Assembly (NCBI GenBank): GCA_050633305.1
Contig: JBOEGF010000013.1
Span: 224,001-288,000 of the forward strand
Origin: Nannocystales bacterium
GTDB lineage: Bacteria; Myxococcota_A; Polyangia; Nannocystales; Nannocystaceae
Direction of reading: 5' to 3'
Length of the DNA: 64,000 bases
Both the position numbers and the translations under genes were made by a program. The notes under the pieces were generated by a model. It was not told where the DNA came from and made no database searches. It was given only the letters and a program-made list of their open reading frames with translations. This document shows, one piece after another, positions 40,726 through 51,113 of the stretch (positions within the stretch are counted from its first letter, which is position 1; every line of letters begins with the position of its first letter).

Positions 40726-41072
40726 GGCCTTCGGGGTTGGCGTGGGCCAACCGAATCCTGCTGACCGCACTGTCGGTCATGACCGGCGCGGTGAAGCTGG
40801 CCCAGATGGAGGAGGAGATGGCGCTGTTTCGGACCATCGGGTTTTCGGACGGCATCACGATGGGTTTCGGCGCTCTGCAGCTCGCAGGCGGGCTCCTCTT
40901 GCTGCGCGCTCGAACAACGAAAGCCGGCGCCTGGCTCATGGCGCCGACCTTCTTGTTTGCCACGGGCGTCCTCTTCGCCAACGCGATGGTGCCCTTTGGC
41001 GTGGCGTCCGTCCTTTTCATCGCGATGGCCGTGTTCCACGCCATGCGATGGCCAACCGGTGACGGCCGCTAG
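40722..41072 (+). CDS. DoxX-like membrane protein
   Basis: Four TM helices, G..KL and G.LQL.GGLLLL motifs. Confidence 0.75.
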   Translation: MRPSGLAWANRILLTALSVMTGAVKLAQMEEEMALFRTIGFSDGITMGFGALQLAGGLLLLRARTTKAGAWLMAPTFLFATGVLFANAMVPFGVASVLFIAMAVFHAMRWPTGDGR

Positions 41073-41503
41073 CGGAAATCGCGAAGCATCTTGCGGAGCT
41101 CGAGCTGATGGAGCTCCTCCTGGCCGATCATCGTCCGCGCGAAGTCCTCGAGATAGACCGAGGCGTCGAGCACCGTGTCGAGCAGTTGCCGATACAACCG
41201 CACCGCCGAGAGCTCGTGGTTGAGGCTCTCCTTGAGGATCGCCTCGACCCCGTGGTCGTGCGTCTCGTCGATCGGCGCGATGTTCAGCGAGGGGTGCCCC
41301 TCGAGGCCGGTGAGGATCTCACCGACCTGCTGGGCGTGAAGGAGCGACTCGGTAGCTTGGGCCTTCATGAACGCGACGATCGGGATCCGGTTGGGTCCCG
41401 TGATCATCAGCGCGTAGTGGGTGTAGCGCACGACGCCAGAGAGCTCCGCTTGGAGGATCTGATCGAGGGCTTCCACCGTCTTTGCGACGTCGAGTTCTTT
41501 CAC
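41069..41503 (-). CDS. Ferritin-like/bacterioferritin-family protein
   Basis: ELSGV.RY, ES..HA, E..A..LY, QEELH diiron motifs. Confidence 0.88.
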   Translation of the reverse strand: MKELDVAKTVEALDQILQAELSGVVRYTHYALMITGPNRIPIVAFMKAQATESLLHAQQVGEILTGLEGHPSLNIAPIDETHDHGVEAILKESLNHELSAVRLYRQLLDTVLDASVYLEDFARTMIGQEELHQLELRKMLRDFR

Positions 41504-41532
41504 AGTACGCCGAGGGTAACAGCAACGCGCAG

Positions 41533-41928
41533 CTATGCCGTGGCTGCAAGAAAGGTACGCATCGGGTCCCAGTATCGTGCGTGCCAGCCGCCCGCGATGT
41601 GCTCCTCGAACTCATCCGGCACACCGTAGTGATCCATGACCAACTCGGTCCCGCCTTCGCTGGCCGAGAGCTCGAAGTGGACCGTCGTGTAGAGGCCCTC
41701 GGGCCATCCTGAGACACGCCACGCCTGCACGATGCGCTGGCCGGGGACCAGCTCGATATTTCGGCCGACGATCTGGCCTCCGTGACAGGAGAAGGCCCCG
41801 CCCTCGTCACCGGAGATTTCGGTCTCGCCCTCGGTGTACTGCGCGCGCAAGGCGGGGTTCATGTATGCCGCGTAGACCCGCTCGGGGGTGGCTTCGAAGG
41901 TGATGGATTGGTGGATGGGCTTGGACAT
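41533..41928 (-). CDS. SRPBCC/AHA1 domain protein
   Basis: GG.FS..GG.I.GRNIELVPG.RIVQAWR; GW..RYW. Confidence 0.9.
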   Translation of the reverse strand: MSKPIHQSITFEATPERVYAAYMNPALRAQYTEGETEISGDEGGAFSCHGGQIVGRNIELVPGQRIVQAWRVSGWPEGLYTTVHFELSASEGGTELVMDHYGVPDEFEEHIAGGWHARYWDPMRTFLAATA

Positions 41929-41969
41929 GATGGCTCGGATCGGGTTTTTGGGGCCCTGGGGAGGGCCTC

Positions 41970-42000
41970 TTGCAATGTTTACCAATTGGTTTAGTATTAA
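41970..42000. promoter_or_regulatory. Promoter with palindromic operator for the ArsR-family regulator
   Basis: AT-rich island: TTGCAA (41970-75), perfect palindrome ACCAATTGGT (41981-90), TAGTAT (41992-97). Confidence 0.6.
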
Positions 42001-42007
42001 GTTTCAG

Positions 42008-42367
42008 ATGTCGTCAACCCCCCGACGTACCGACCGGTCCGCGCCCGACGACGAGGCGCTCGACCTCGTGTTTCACGCGTTGGCCGATCGGACCCGCCGG
42101 TCGATGTTGGCTCGGCTGCGAGAAGGCCCGCAGCGGGTCTCGGTGTTGGCGGAGCCATTCGACATGACCCTGCCCGCCGCGTCCAAGCACATCCGGGTGC
42201 TCGAACGTGCCGGACTCATCGATCGCACGGTCGACGGACGCGTTCACCATTGCGCGCTCAATCCCGACCCCCTGCAGTCGGTGCAAGCGTGGGTCGAGCA
42301 CTACGGCGAGTTCTGGAACAGCGCGCTGGATGCTTTGGCTGCACACCTCGAAGAAGACCCACCATGA
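42008..42367 (+). CDS. ArsR/SmtB family regulator
   Basis: VFHALADRTRR..L..L, LAEPFDMTLPAASKHIRVLERAGL. Confidence 0.93.
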   Translation: MSSTPRRTDRSAPDDEALDLVFHALADRTRRSMLARLREGPQRVSVLAEPFDMTLPAASKHIRVLERAGLIDRTVDGRVHHCALNPDPLQSVQAWVEHYGEFWNSALDALAAHLEEDPP

Positions 42368-42816
42368 GCGAGTCGTCCATTCATCTCGTCGTCCGCCGCA
42401 CCATCCGCGCGAGCCCCCAACGGGTCTTCGCCGCATGGACCACTCCTGAGCAGCTCATGACCTGGTGGGGGCCTCAAGGCGTACGCTGTCCGAGCGCAGA
42501 AGTGGACCTCCGCGAGGGCGGTGCATACCGGATCTGCAACGAAATGCCCTCAGGGGACACGGTATGGATCAGCGGAGAGTTCGAGGTCATCGACCGACCC
42601 AACAAGCTCATTTACACCTGGTCGGTCGAGCCTTCCACGACGACACCGGAGCGGGTCACGGTTCGATTTGAGGCTCGCGAGGCCGGGACAGAAGTTGTGA
42701 TCGTGCACGAACGCATCATGTCCGAAGCGGCGCGCGACCAGCACGAACACGGATGGAACGGTTGCCTGGACGGGCTCGTCGCGATGCTCGAACCGGGGAG
42801 CAAGCCCGGCGGCTGA
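42364..42816 (+). CDS. SRPBCC/AHSA1 domain protein
   Basis: R.I.A.P.RVF.AWT.PE.L..WWGP, DLR.GG.Y, H..GW...LD.L. Confidence 0.92.
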   Translation: MSESSIHLVVRRTIRASPQRVFAAWTTPEQLMTWWGPQGVRCPSAEVDLREGGAYRICNEMPSGDTVWISGEFEVIDRPNKLIYTWSVEPSTTTPERVTVRFEAREAGTEVVIVHERIMSEAARDQHEHGWNGCLDGLVAMLEPGSKPGG

Positions 42817-42837
42817 GCGTGCTCTATACTCTGCGCC

Positions 42838-43740
42838 ATGCGGATCTCGACGGCGGCCCTCATGGGCCTCACCGCCTTCACGTTCAACCCCTCCGACGCA
42901 CACGCGATCATCACGCGGCACGACGTTGACGACGCACAGTACGTCGTCGACGCCGCGGAGTACCCCGCGCTCGTCAACCTGTTCGAGCCCGGCGACTGCC
43001 TCGCAACGCTCGTGCACCCCTCGTACCTGCTGACCGTCGCCCACTGTGCGGCCGATCTCAGCAGCGGCGCATCCGTGAGCATCGGCGACGAAACCCGGGC
43101 GGTCACCACCATCACAGCCCACCCTCGCTGGAACGACGGCGATGCGTTCGACATTGCCCTGGTCCGTCTCGACACCCCGGTGTTGAGCGTCCAGCCGATC
43201 CCCTTGTTTCGCGGCGAGGACGAGTTGGGCTCCGAGGTCGAGTTGCTGGGCCGCGGTCTCCACGGAACCGGTGAGGAAGGCGAGGCCGGAGCGACCGACG
43301 ACGCGCTGTTGCGACGCGCAACGAACACTGTCGACAGCGTCGACGATCACTTCCTTCGCTTCACCTTCGACCCCCCCACCCGCGAGGCTGCAACCATGCT
43401 CGAGGGCGTGGGCGCTGGAGGGGACAGCGGAGGGCCCGTGTTTCTCCGACGCGAGGGCATCACCTACCTGGCGGGGCTCAACGCGTGGGGGGACTCCTGC
43501 GACGTCGACGTGGCGAAGTACAAGGCGAACGACTACCAAGTTCGGATCTCGCAGTTCGTCGCGTGGGTCGACGCCGGCATCGCAGGGCGGGACTCCGAGG
43601 AGGGGCCCAGCGGCGGCTCGCGGTTTGCGAACGCCGAGTGCAGCTTCTGCTCGGTGGCTGGCGAGCCGCCGGGATTCGGGCTGTTGATCCTGCTCGCGCT
43701 GGGGTGGCGACGGAGGGCGACGACCACCCGCACGTTGTGA
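42838..43740 (+). CDS. Trypsin-like serine protease with a MYXO-CTERM-like tail
   Basis: TVAHC, DIAL, GDSGGP triad; C-terminal CSV...LLILLALGWRRR. Confidence 0.92.
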   Translation: MRISTAALMGLTAFTFNPSDAHAIITRHDVDDAQYVVDAAEYPALVNLFEPGDCLATLVHPSYLLTVAHCAADLSSGASVSIGDETRAVTTITAHPRWNDGDAFDIALVRLDTPVLSVQPIPLFRGEDELGSEVELLGRGLHGTGEEGEAGATDDALLRRATNTVDSVDDHFLRFTFDPPTREAATMLEGVGAGGDSGGPVFLRREGITYLAGLNAWGDSCDVDVAKYKANDYQVRISQFVAWVDAGIAGRDSEEGPSGGSRFANAECSFCSVAGEPPGFGLLILLALGWRRRATTTRTL

Positions 43741-43853
43741 TAGGCCCGCCCGTCCCCGGGTACGGCCACTAAACCGGCCCAGCTACCGCTTGACGCAGCT
43801 TTCCCGCGTTTCGCGCTCCACTTCTGGACTGAGTTCGGGCATGATGCGAAGGG

Positions 43854-45128
43854 ATGGCGAAATGTTGGCTTTGTGCGATTTGTACAATCTCGCTCGGGTG
43901 CGGTCCCGCGGTGGCCGGCTCCGACGGTGAGGCGAGCGGGTCAGCGGGTGAGACGGGGTCGTCGACCGGGAAGTCATCGGACGCGATGACGGCATCAAAC
44001 GCGACGGTGGCGACTTTGAGCACGGGCCTGGACGGCTCGACCGGCTCAAGCACCGTCGCGGTGGGCACCGACACAGGGCCGCCAAGCGAGTTGTGCCTCC
44101 GCGGGACACCGCATCCAGCGCTCGACGACGTGGGTGACCTGCTGAAAGTCTTGGACACCGACGGCAATGGACGGGATGAACTCTGGACGGCCGAGGAGCG
44201 TTGGGACCCGGTTGAGGAGGTGCAGTCCAGCGTCCTGCGGCCCTTTGAGCTCAACGACCAAGGGGTGTTCGCCGCGCTTGCCGAGGTGGAGCTGCCTGGC
44301 AGGATCGAGGCACTCGCCGACATCGATGGCGATGGACTCCTCGACGTCGTCTTCACGCAGTGGGATGAGGACGCCCCGTGGTGGCAAGCGGGTCTTCCCG
44401 GGTTCGGCGTCGACGGGTCAAGCGAACCCCTACAACAGCTCGACACCGGCATGTGGATGGATGCGACGGGAGATGGGCGCGCCGACTACGTCGAGGTGCT
44501 GTGGGAGGGCGGCTTCCACGTCCTCGTGGGCGACGGGACAGGAGCCTTTGCATCCGCGGGCACGAGCGCCATGGAGAACCACACGCCCAATCGCGTCCTC
44601 CCAGTGCCAGCGCTGAACCAGCTGGTGCTGGTCTTCCAGGACGTCGCGATCGGGTTCGGGACCGACTCCACCATCCTTCGAACCGTGTCCGTGAATGCGA
44701 GCGGTGAGATTCAAACCCTCGCCGAGAGCCAGGCGCTGGATATCGCCCCAGACTTCGTCGCGGATCTCGACGGCGACCGCCTCGCCGACGTCGTTGGGAT
44801 CGACGCGATCGACGGCAACACCCTTCGGTTTCTGGGATCTGCTGATGGCCCGTACCAGGAAGTCGACATCGTTCCGAACGTCCGCGGGGCAATCGTCGGC
44901 GGATTCTTCGAGGACGCCCCCCCCGAGGTCTTGTGGTGGGACAGCAGTCCTCACTGGCAACTGACGGGCCTCGACGGCCTGTTGTGGCCCGAAGGACCTC
45001 CAGTCACCGGGAGCCCACAATGGGATGTCGACGGTCCGACCCGGCTGATCGAGGCAGACGGCGAGCCTGGTACCGAACTGCTCCAGGGTCGCGAAACGTT
45101 CTCCTTGTGGAAGGTCGAAGCATGCTGA
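43854..45128 (+). CDS. FG-GAP/VCBS repeat lipoprotein
   Basis: LGC lipobox; DTDGNGRDE, DIDGDGLLDV, DATGDGRADY, DLDGDRLADV. Confidence 0.88.
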   Translation: MAKCWLCAICTISLGCGPAVAGSDGEASGSAGETGSSTGKSSDAMTASNATVATLSTGLDGSTGSSTVAVGTDTGPPSELCLRGTPHPALDDVGDLLKVLDTDGNGRDELWTAEERWDPVEEVQSSVLRPFELNDQGVFAALAEVELPGRIEALADIDGDGLLDVVFTQWDEDAPWWQAGLPGFGVDGSSEPLQQLDTGMWMDATGDGRADYVEVLWEGGFHVLVGDGTGAFASAGTSAMENHTPNRVLPVPALNQLVLVFQDVAIGFGTDSTILRTVSVNASGEIQTLAESQALDIAPDFVADLDGDRLADVVGIDAIDGNTLRFLGSADGPYQEVDIVPNVRGAIVGGFFEDAPPEVLWWDSSPHWQLTGLDGLLWPEGPPVTGSPQWDVDGPTRLIEADGEPGTELLQGRETFSLWKVEAC

Positions 45129-46510
45129 GTCGAACGATCCCCCTTGGCCTCGCCGCCCTGAGTCTCGGGTGCGGCTCCGACCCGGTTCGAGCCGGTGAAC
45201 CCGGCACTGGAGACTCGAGCACGGGGTCCGACAACGACTCCACGGGCAACAGCTTCCCCACGGCTCCCGGCACGACCGGATCGTCGGGCGAGGAACTCGA
45301 CACGACTGACGCTGACACGGACTCGAGTTCGGAGGGCGGAGCCACGACCGAGGCCCCCTGGCCCCGGCCCGACCCGGGTCCTTTCTGCGGAGATGGAACC
45401 GTGGATCCGGACGAGGAGTGCGACGACGGCGACGAGCCGAAGAAGGACGGTCCATGCAACGACGACTGCGTCGTGTCAGCGGCGATCCTTTGGGACACCG
45501 TCGTACCACCCAAGGGCGAGGGCGCATGCGGCGAGACGGTGGCGGTGAGCGACGCCGGAGCGATCGTGGTCGGCGGGACCAGCCGCATGGGAGACGAGCA
45601 CGTCAACGCATGGCTGGGTGCTCTCGATGAGCAGGGCGAACTCCAGTGGAGTCAGTCCTGGGATGGTGGTGGCGGCGAACGCGATGAGGTCCTGGACGTG
45701 GACACCGACGCGCAGGGCAACGTGTATGCGTTCACAACCCAACAGATCACCTTTCAGCGGGGTTGGCTGTCCAAACGCAACCCTTCTGGGGTCGAGGCCT
45801 GGAACGTGCAGCTGCTGACCGAGGCAGGAGAGAACAGCACCGCGCGCTCGCTCGCCGTCGACGCAGATGGCACCGCGACGGTGTTGGGCATGCACTGGGG
45901 CGACTACGAGGGTCACCGCATGCAGCGTTTCGACACCGACGGTGTTCCCGTGTGGGCGGTCGACATCCACAATGGCCTCTCCATTGCCGCGTCCTCGATC
46001 GACCTCGATCCACTCGGCGGTATTCGGGTGGCGCTCATGCTCGAAACGAAGAAGGGCGCACGGGCGACGATCCTCAGGTTCGATGAAATGGGCGCTCCGT
46101 CGTGGTCGGCGCAGTCCGGCCCTCCTCCGGGTGGTGACCCGCAGGGAGCAACGTCCGCAGAGGGTATCTCGTCCCTGGTCTTGAGGGACCAGTTCGACTC
46201 GCAACTGGTCGTGCGCTCGTGGGACTCCAACGGGGCCAACCCCGACGCATTTGCTCCGGGCTTCGAACGAAACATCACCCTCTCCGACGCGGCGTACGGT
46301 CCCGAAGGAGACCTGTACGTCGTCGGCCACGAACACGACGCCGCGTGGACACTCCGCATTGACCCGTCCGGTGCGCTCGCATGGTCCCGGCGGAACTCAG
46401 AGGCTCGCTACGCCAATGCTGTGGCGGTCGCACCCGGTGGTGATGTCGTTGTGGCGGGCTGCACCGAGAGCACCGATGGCGCGATCTGGGTGCGGCGGTA
46501 CAGCCCTTAG
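45122..46510 (+). CDS. Lipoprotein with a myxobacterial disulfide repeat and beta-propeller
   Basis: LGC lipobox; FCGDGTVDPDEECDDG; repeated D..G...W motifs. Confidence 0.88.
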   Translation: MLSRTIPLGLAALSLGCGSDPVRAGEPGTGDSSTGSDNDSTGNSFPTAPGTTGSSGEELDTTDADTDSSSEGGATTEAPWPRPDPGPFCGDGTVDPDEECDDGDEPKKDGPCNDDCVVSAAILWDTVVPPKGEGACGETVAVSDAGAIVVGGTSRMGDEHVNAWLGALDEQGELQWSQSWDGGGGERDEVLDVDTDAQGNVYAFTTQQITFQRGWLSKRNPSGVEAWNVQLLTEAGENSTARSLAVDADGTATVLGMHWGDYEGHRMQRFDTDGVPVWAVDIHNGLSIAASSIDLDPLGGIRVALMLETKKGARATILRFDEMGAPSWSAQSGPPPGGDPQGATSAEGISSLVLRDQFDSQLVVRSWDSNGANPDAFAPGFERNITLSDAAYGPEGDLYVVGHEHDAAWTLRIDPSGALAWSRRNSEARYANAVAVAPGGDVVVAGCTESTDGAIWVRRYSP

Positions 46511-46517
46511 CAGCGGG

Positions 46518-46835
46518 CTACCGCTCCCGCACCAAGTCCGATTTTGACCCCATGGGGCTTTCCGGGACTCCGAAAGGCTGGCTCAGCCCCACGAACTCCG
46601 TCTGAATGCGACGCAGGCCAACGACTGCCTGGGAGAGCGACGTGAACACCTCTTTCGCCTCTCCCACTCGAACAACAACCGACGTCTGACGACCGAGACC
46701 GGTCAGACCGGCCATGCTCAGCCGCTGTTGGGCACGGTCCAGCGCCTGCCTCGCTTCCTCGAACGGAACACGTCCAGCGAACCCGGTGAGTGTTCGACCT
46801 CGCCCAGTCGTGATCTCGAACGAAGTATGGGGCAC
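46518..46835 (-). CDS. Hypothetical protein
   Basis: Plausible-composition ORF from GTG at 46835; no recognised motif. Confidence 0.3.
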   Translation of the reverse strand: MPHTSFEITTGRGRTLTGFAGRVPFEEARQALDRAQQRLSMAGLTGLGRQTSVVVRVGEAKEVFTSLSQAVVGLRRIQTEFVGLSQPFGVPESPMGSKSDLVRER

Positions 46836-46950
46836 GATATCCGTAGCCAAGTGGGAGACCGGTGCAGCCCACGTGCCATCAGGCCGCTTCCGGCGGCTGG
46901 AATCGGCCGAAGAGAACGTCAGGTGAGAGCGAGTACAGCGACGGCACTCG

Positions 46951-47574
46951 TCACGGAGCCGCCGCACCGGCTGGCGCCGACGTCCGTGCGCTGATCCAGG
47001 ACACGCGGAGCTCGACGACGCCATCACTCTTCAGCCGAGCTTCGTCGGCCTCGACCCGGCCTTCGTGCCGACACAGGTCGAGGACGCCCTGCAGCGAGCC
47101 TTCGAGCGATGCGGCCACGGTCGCAAGTCGACCCGAAGGCGGAACGTCGACGAGCGAAAGGTCTGCGAAGCCCGAGCCCCCCGAGAATGTGATGTTCCCG
47201 TAGTTTCGGGTGGTCGCGCCCCAAGCCCGACCGACCCATCGAAGAAATCCCTCCGGGCGCATCCCAAAGATGCGGAATGCGCCGGAGACGAACGGGCCAA
47301 ACAGAACCGAGTCGCGCGTCCGACCTGTGTAGCGGCGCCAGAAGTCCACGTATCCCTCTCGCCCGGCCTCGGCAAGCGAAGCACCATTGAGCGTGTCGAG
47401 AGCTGATGCGGGCAACCAGGAGAGGCCCCGGCAGGTTTCGATGGCCTCGACATGTTCGTCCGGCGCACGACCCAGCGCTCCCCGCCCCCAGCGCTCGAGT
47501 CGCACGCTCTCCAGCACCGTCGTGCAGAGTTTCCCCCGGTAGGACGGGGCGTCGCTGGCGTCTGCGTGGGACAT
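46951..47574 (-). CDS. Myxobacterial hypothetical protein (DUF2378/V4R-like)
   Basis: SWLPA, FGM.P....W...AW....RN.G pattern. Confidence 0.65.
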   Translation of the reverse strand: MSHADASDAPSYRGKLCTTVLESVRLERWGRGALGRAPDEHVEAIETCRGLSWLPASALDTLNGASLAEAGREGYVDFWRRYTGRTRDSVLFGPFVSGAFRIFGMRPEGFLRWVGRAWGATTRNYGNITFSGGSGFADLSLVDVPPSGRLATVAASLEGSLQGVLDLCRHEGRVEADEARLKSDGVVELRVSWISARTSAPAGAAAP

Positions 47575-47679
47575 AGGCGTGCTGAACCGGCAGCGGACGG
47601 CAGCCGTAGACAGCTGGGCATCGACCAAGCACCACGATCCCTTGAGCCCGCGGCGGGCCACGAAGAAAGAATGCCGACC

Positions 47680-49089
<1,410 letters not shown>

Positions 49090-49180
49090 GGCGCGGGACC
49101 ATAGCAGCTTGCAAAGGGCCCCCCTGCGGCGCAAGCACCTGCGGGGCCGCCGCTCGCTTCAGCACCAAGAGAGCCTCCCT

Positions 49181-49546
49181 TCACTCGTACTCGATGGCCC
49201 CGAGATCGAACGCATCGAGCCATCCGGGACACACAGGGACACCGTTCGCGCACACGTTCGAGAAGTCGGGGACATCGCACTCACATTGCTCGATCCCCTC
49301 GATGAACCAGGTACAGCCCTCGAAGGCATCGGCGCTGGAGCTGCACACGAGGACGTGGAAGAGACCCTGCTCATCTTCGCCCTCAAAGGTGCACTGCCCC
49401 ATCGGAGTGCGGGAGACCCCGGATTCGATCGCGACCGACGGCGGGCACTCTCCATCCTGCCCCTGGCTCCCATCACCTTGGACGAAGCGTTCGGTACAAC
49501 CGACGAGCAGGAAGACAGCGGCGACAGCGGCGAGCCGAGAGCGCAT
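49181..49546 (-). CDS. Small Cys-rich lipoprotein
   Basis: MRSRLAAVAAVFLLVGC lipobox. Confidence 0.75.
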   Translation of the reverse strand: MRSRLAAVAAVFLLVGCTERFVQGDGSQGQDGECPPSVAIESGVSRTPMGQCTFEGEDEQGLFHVLVCSSSADAFEGCTWFIEGIEQCECDVPDFSNVCANGVPVCPGWLDAFDLGAIEYE

Positions 49547-49667
49547 GGCCGAGGGTACGGCGGCTAGGCCGGAACCCCAAGCTGCAGCTCGCCCCTGCTC
49601 CTGGGGAACCCAAAACCGGCCGGTCCTCTCTTGGTAAGCGCTCTGGTTTCGGCCAAACGCCTGGGAT

Positions 49668-51113
49668 ATGCCTACGCGGGTGTCCGACGTCGCTCCTTCG
49701 GAAACACCTTCCATCTTTCGCCGTGTCGTCGGCTTCGCAACGCCGGTCGCCTTCGGCGTCGTGGCGTTTGTGATGATGCAGCGAGCACGAGAGGAGCCGC
49801 CACGGCGCCCGCCTTCGGAGCAGGGCAAGGCCGTCCGAACCGCCGGGGTGATCGAGGCTGAGGCCATCCCTCGCGCGGTTGGCTATGGCGTGGTCCGCTC
49901 CTCCCGAGAATGGAGCCTTGTGGCCGAGGTGTCCGGTCGTGTTGTCGAGCTCAATGACAAGCTCGAGGACGGCCGCATCATTCGCGAAGGGGAGCGACTC
50001 ATCAAGATCGATCCGGCAGGCTTCGAGCTGAGCGCTTCGCAGCAAAAGGCCACGGTCAGCAATGTAAAGGCACAACTCAGCGAACTCGCCGTTCGGGAGA
50101 AGAACACCAAGGCCAGTCTCGCGATCGCCAAGCGGTCTCTCGAGCTGTCGGAGAAGGAGCTCGCGAGGGTCAAGAAGCTCGAGAGCAGCGGCACAGCTTC
50201 GTCTTCGGAAGTCGATTCGGCCGAAGTCTCGGTGCTCACGCAACGTCAGTCGGTCCAGTCGTACAAGTCGACGCTCGCTCAGATCCCGGCCCAGCGCCGC
50301 GCCTACAAAGCCCAGATCTCGCAGTACGAAGCCGGGGTGAAGACAGCCGAGCTCGACGTCGCACGGACCGAGATCTTCGCGCCATTCGATGTCCGCATCC
50401 GCTCCGCGGACGTCGAGCTCAGCGAGCTGGTCACCGTGGGCGCCAAACTTGCCGAAGGAGACGGCATCGCGCTTGCCGAGGTCCCTGCCCAGTTCTCGAT
50501 CGGCTCACTGATGCCCCTCATCGCGCCGCCCAAGGATGTGGACGAGCCTCCCGCAGCAGCCGAGGACACACCCGAGACACCTTCGGATGAGGCGCTCTCT
50601 GCCCGTGCCCTCGCCCGTCGGTCGGCGCAGGCCGGACTCAAGGCCACCGTCACGTTGGAGAGCGGGGCCGTGGTGACGAGCTGGGAGGCGGCGTTCGACC
50701 GCTTTGCCAATGTCGAGAGCGCCACCCGAACCGTCTCGGTCGTGGTCGCTGTCGATGACCCCTTCGGCAAGGCGTCCCGCGGCCGACGGCCACCGCTGGT
50801 CTCGGGAATGTACGTGGAGGTCGAACTCGAGGGCTTACCCCGCCCCGGCTGTCTCGCGGTGCCCCGCGGCGCGCTGCGGTCAGACACGCTGCACGTTGTC
50901 GATGCCCAACAACGGCTCGCCATTCGCCCCGTCGAGGTCGCCTTCGTCCAGGAGACCTACGCCTGTATCGACAGCGGCGTCAAAGCCGGTGACCAAGTCG
51001 TGCTCACGGATGTGGTCCCCGCAATCGAAGGAACCCTCCTCGAGCCGCGGGTGGATGAGCGCGCTGTGGCCCAACTGGCCGAGGCCGTCGACGGAGAGGC
51101 CCAAGCCCAATGA
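49668..51113 (+). CDS. RND efflux periplasmic adaptor (MFP)
   Basis: N-terminal TM, EVSGRVV lipoyl half, coiled coil, APFD, GMYVEV, AVPR.AL. Confidence 0.93.
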   Translation: MPTRVSDVAPSETPSIFRRVVGFATPVAFGVVAFVMMQRAREEPPRRPPSEQGKAVRTAGVIEAEAIPRAVGYGVVRSSREWSLVAEVSGRVVELNDKLEDGRIIREGERLIKIDPAGFELSASQQKATVSNVKAQLSELAVREKNTKASLAIAKRSLELSEKELARVKKLESSGTASSSEVDSAEVSVLTQRQSVQSYKSTLAQIPAQRRAYKAQISQYEAGVKTAELDVARTEIFAPFDVRIRSADVELSELVTVGAKLAEGDGIALAEVPAQFSIGSLMPLIAPPKDVDEPPAAAEDTPETPSDEALSARALARRSAQAGLKATVTLESGAVVTSWEAAFDRFANVESATRTVSVVVAVDDPFGKASRGRRPPLVSGMYVEVELEGLPRPGCLAVPRGALRSDTLHVVDAQQRLAIRPVEVAFVQETYACIDSGVKAGDQVVLTDVVPAIEGTLLEPRVDERAVAQLAEAVDGEAQAQ

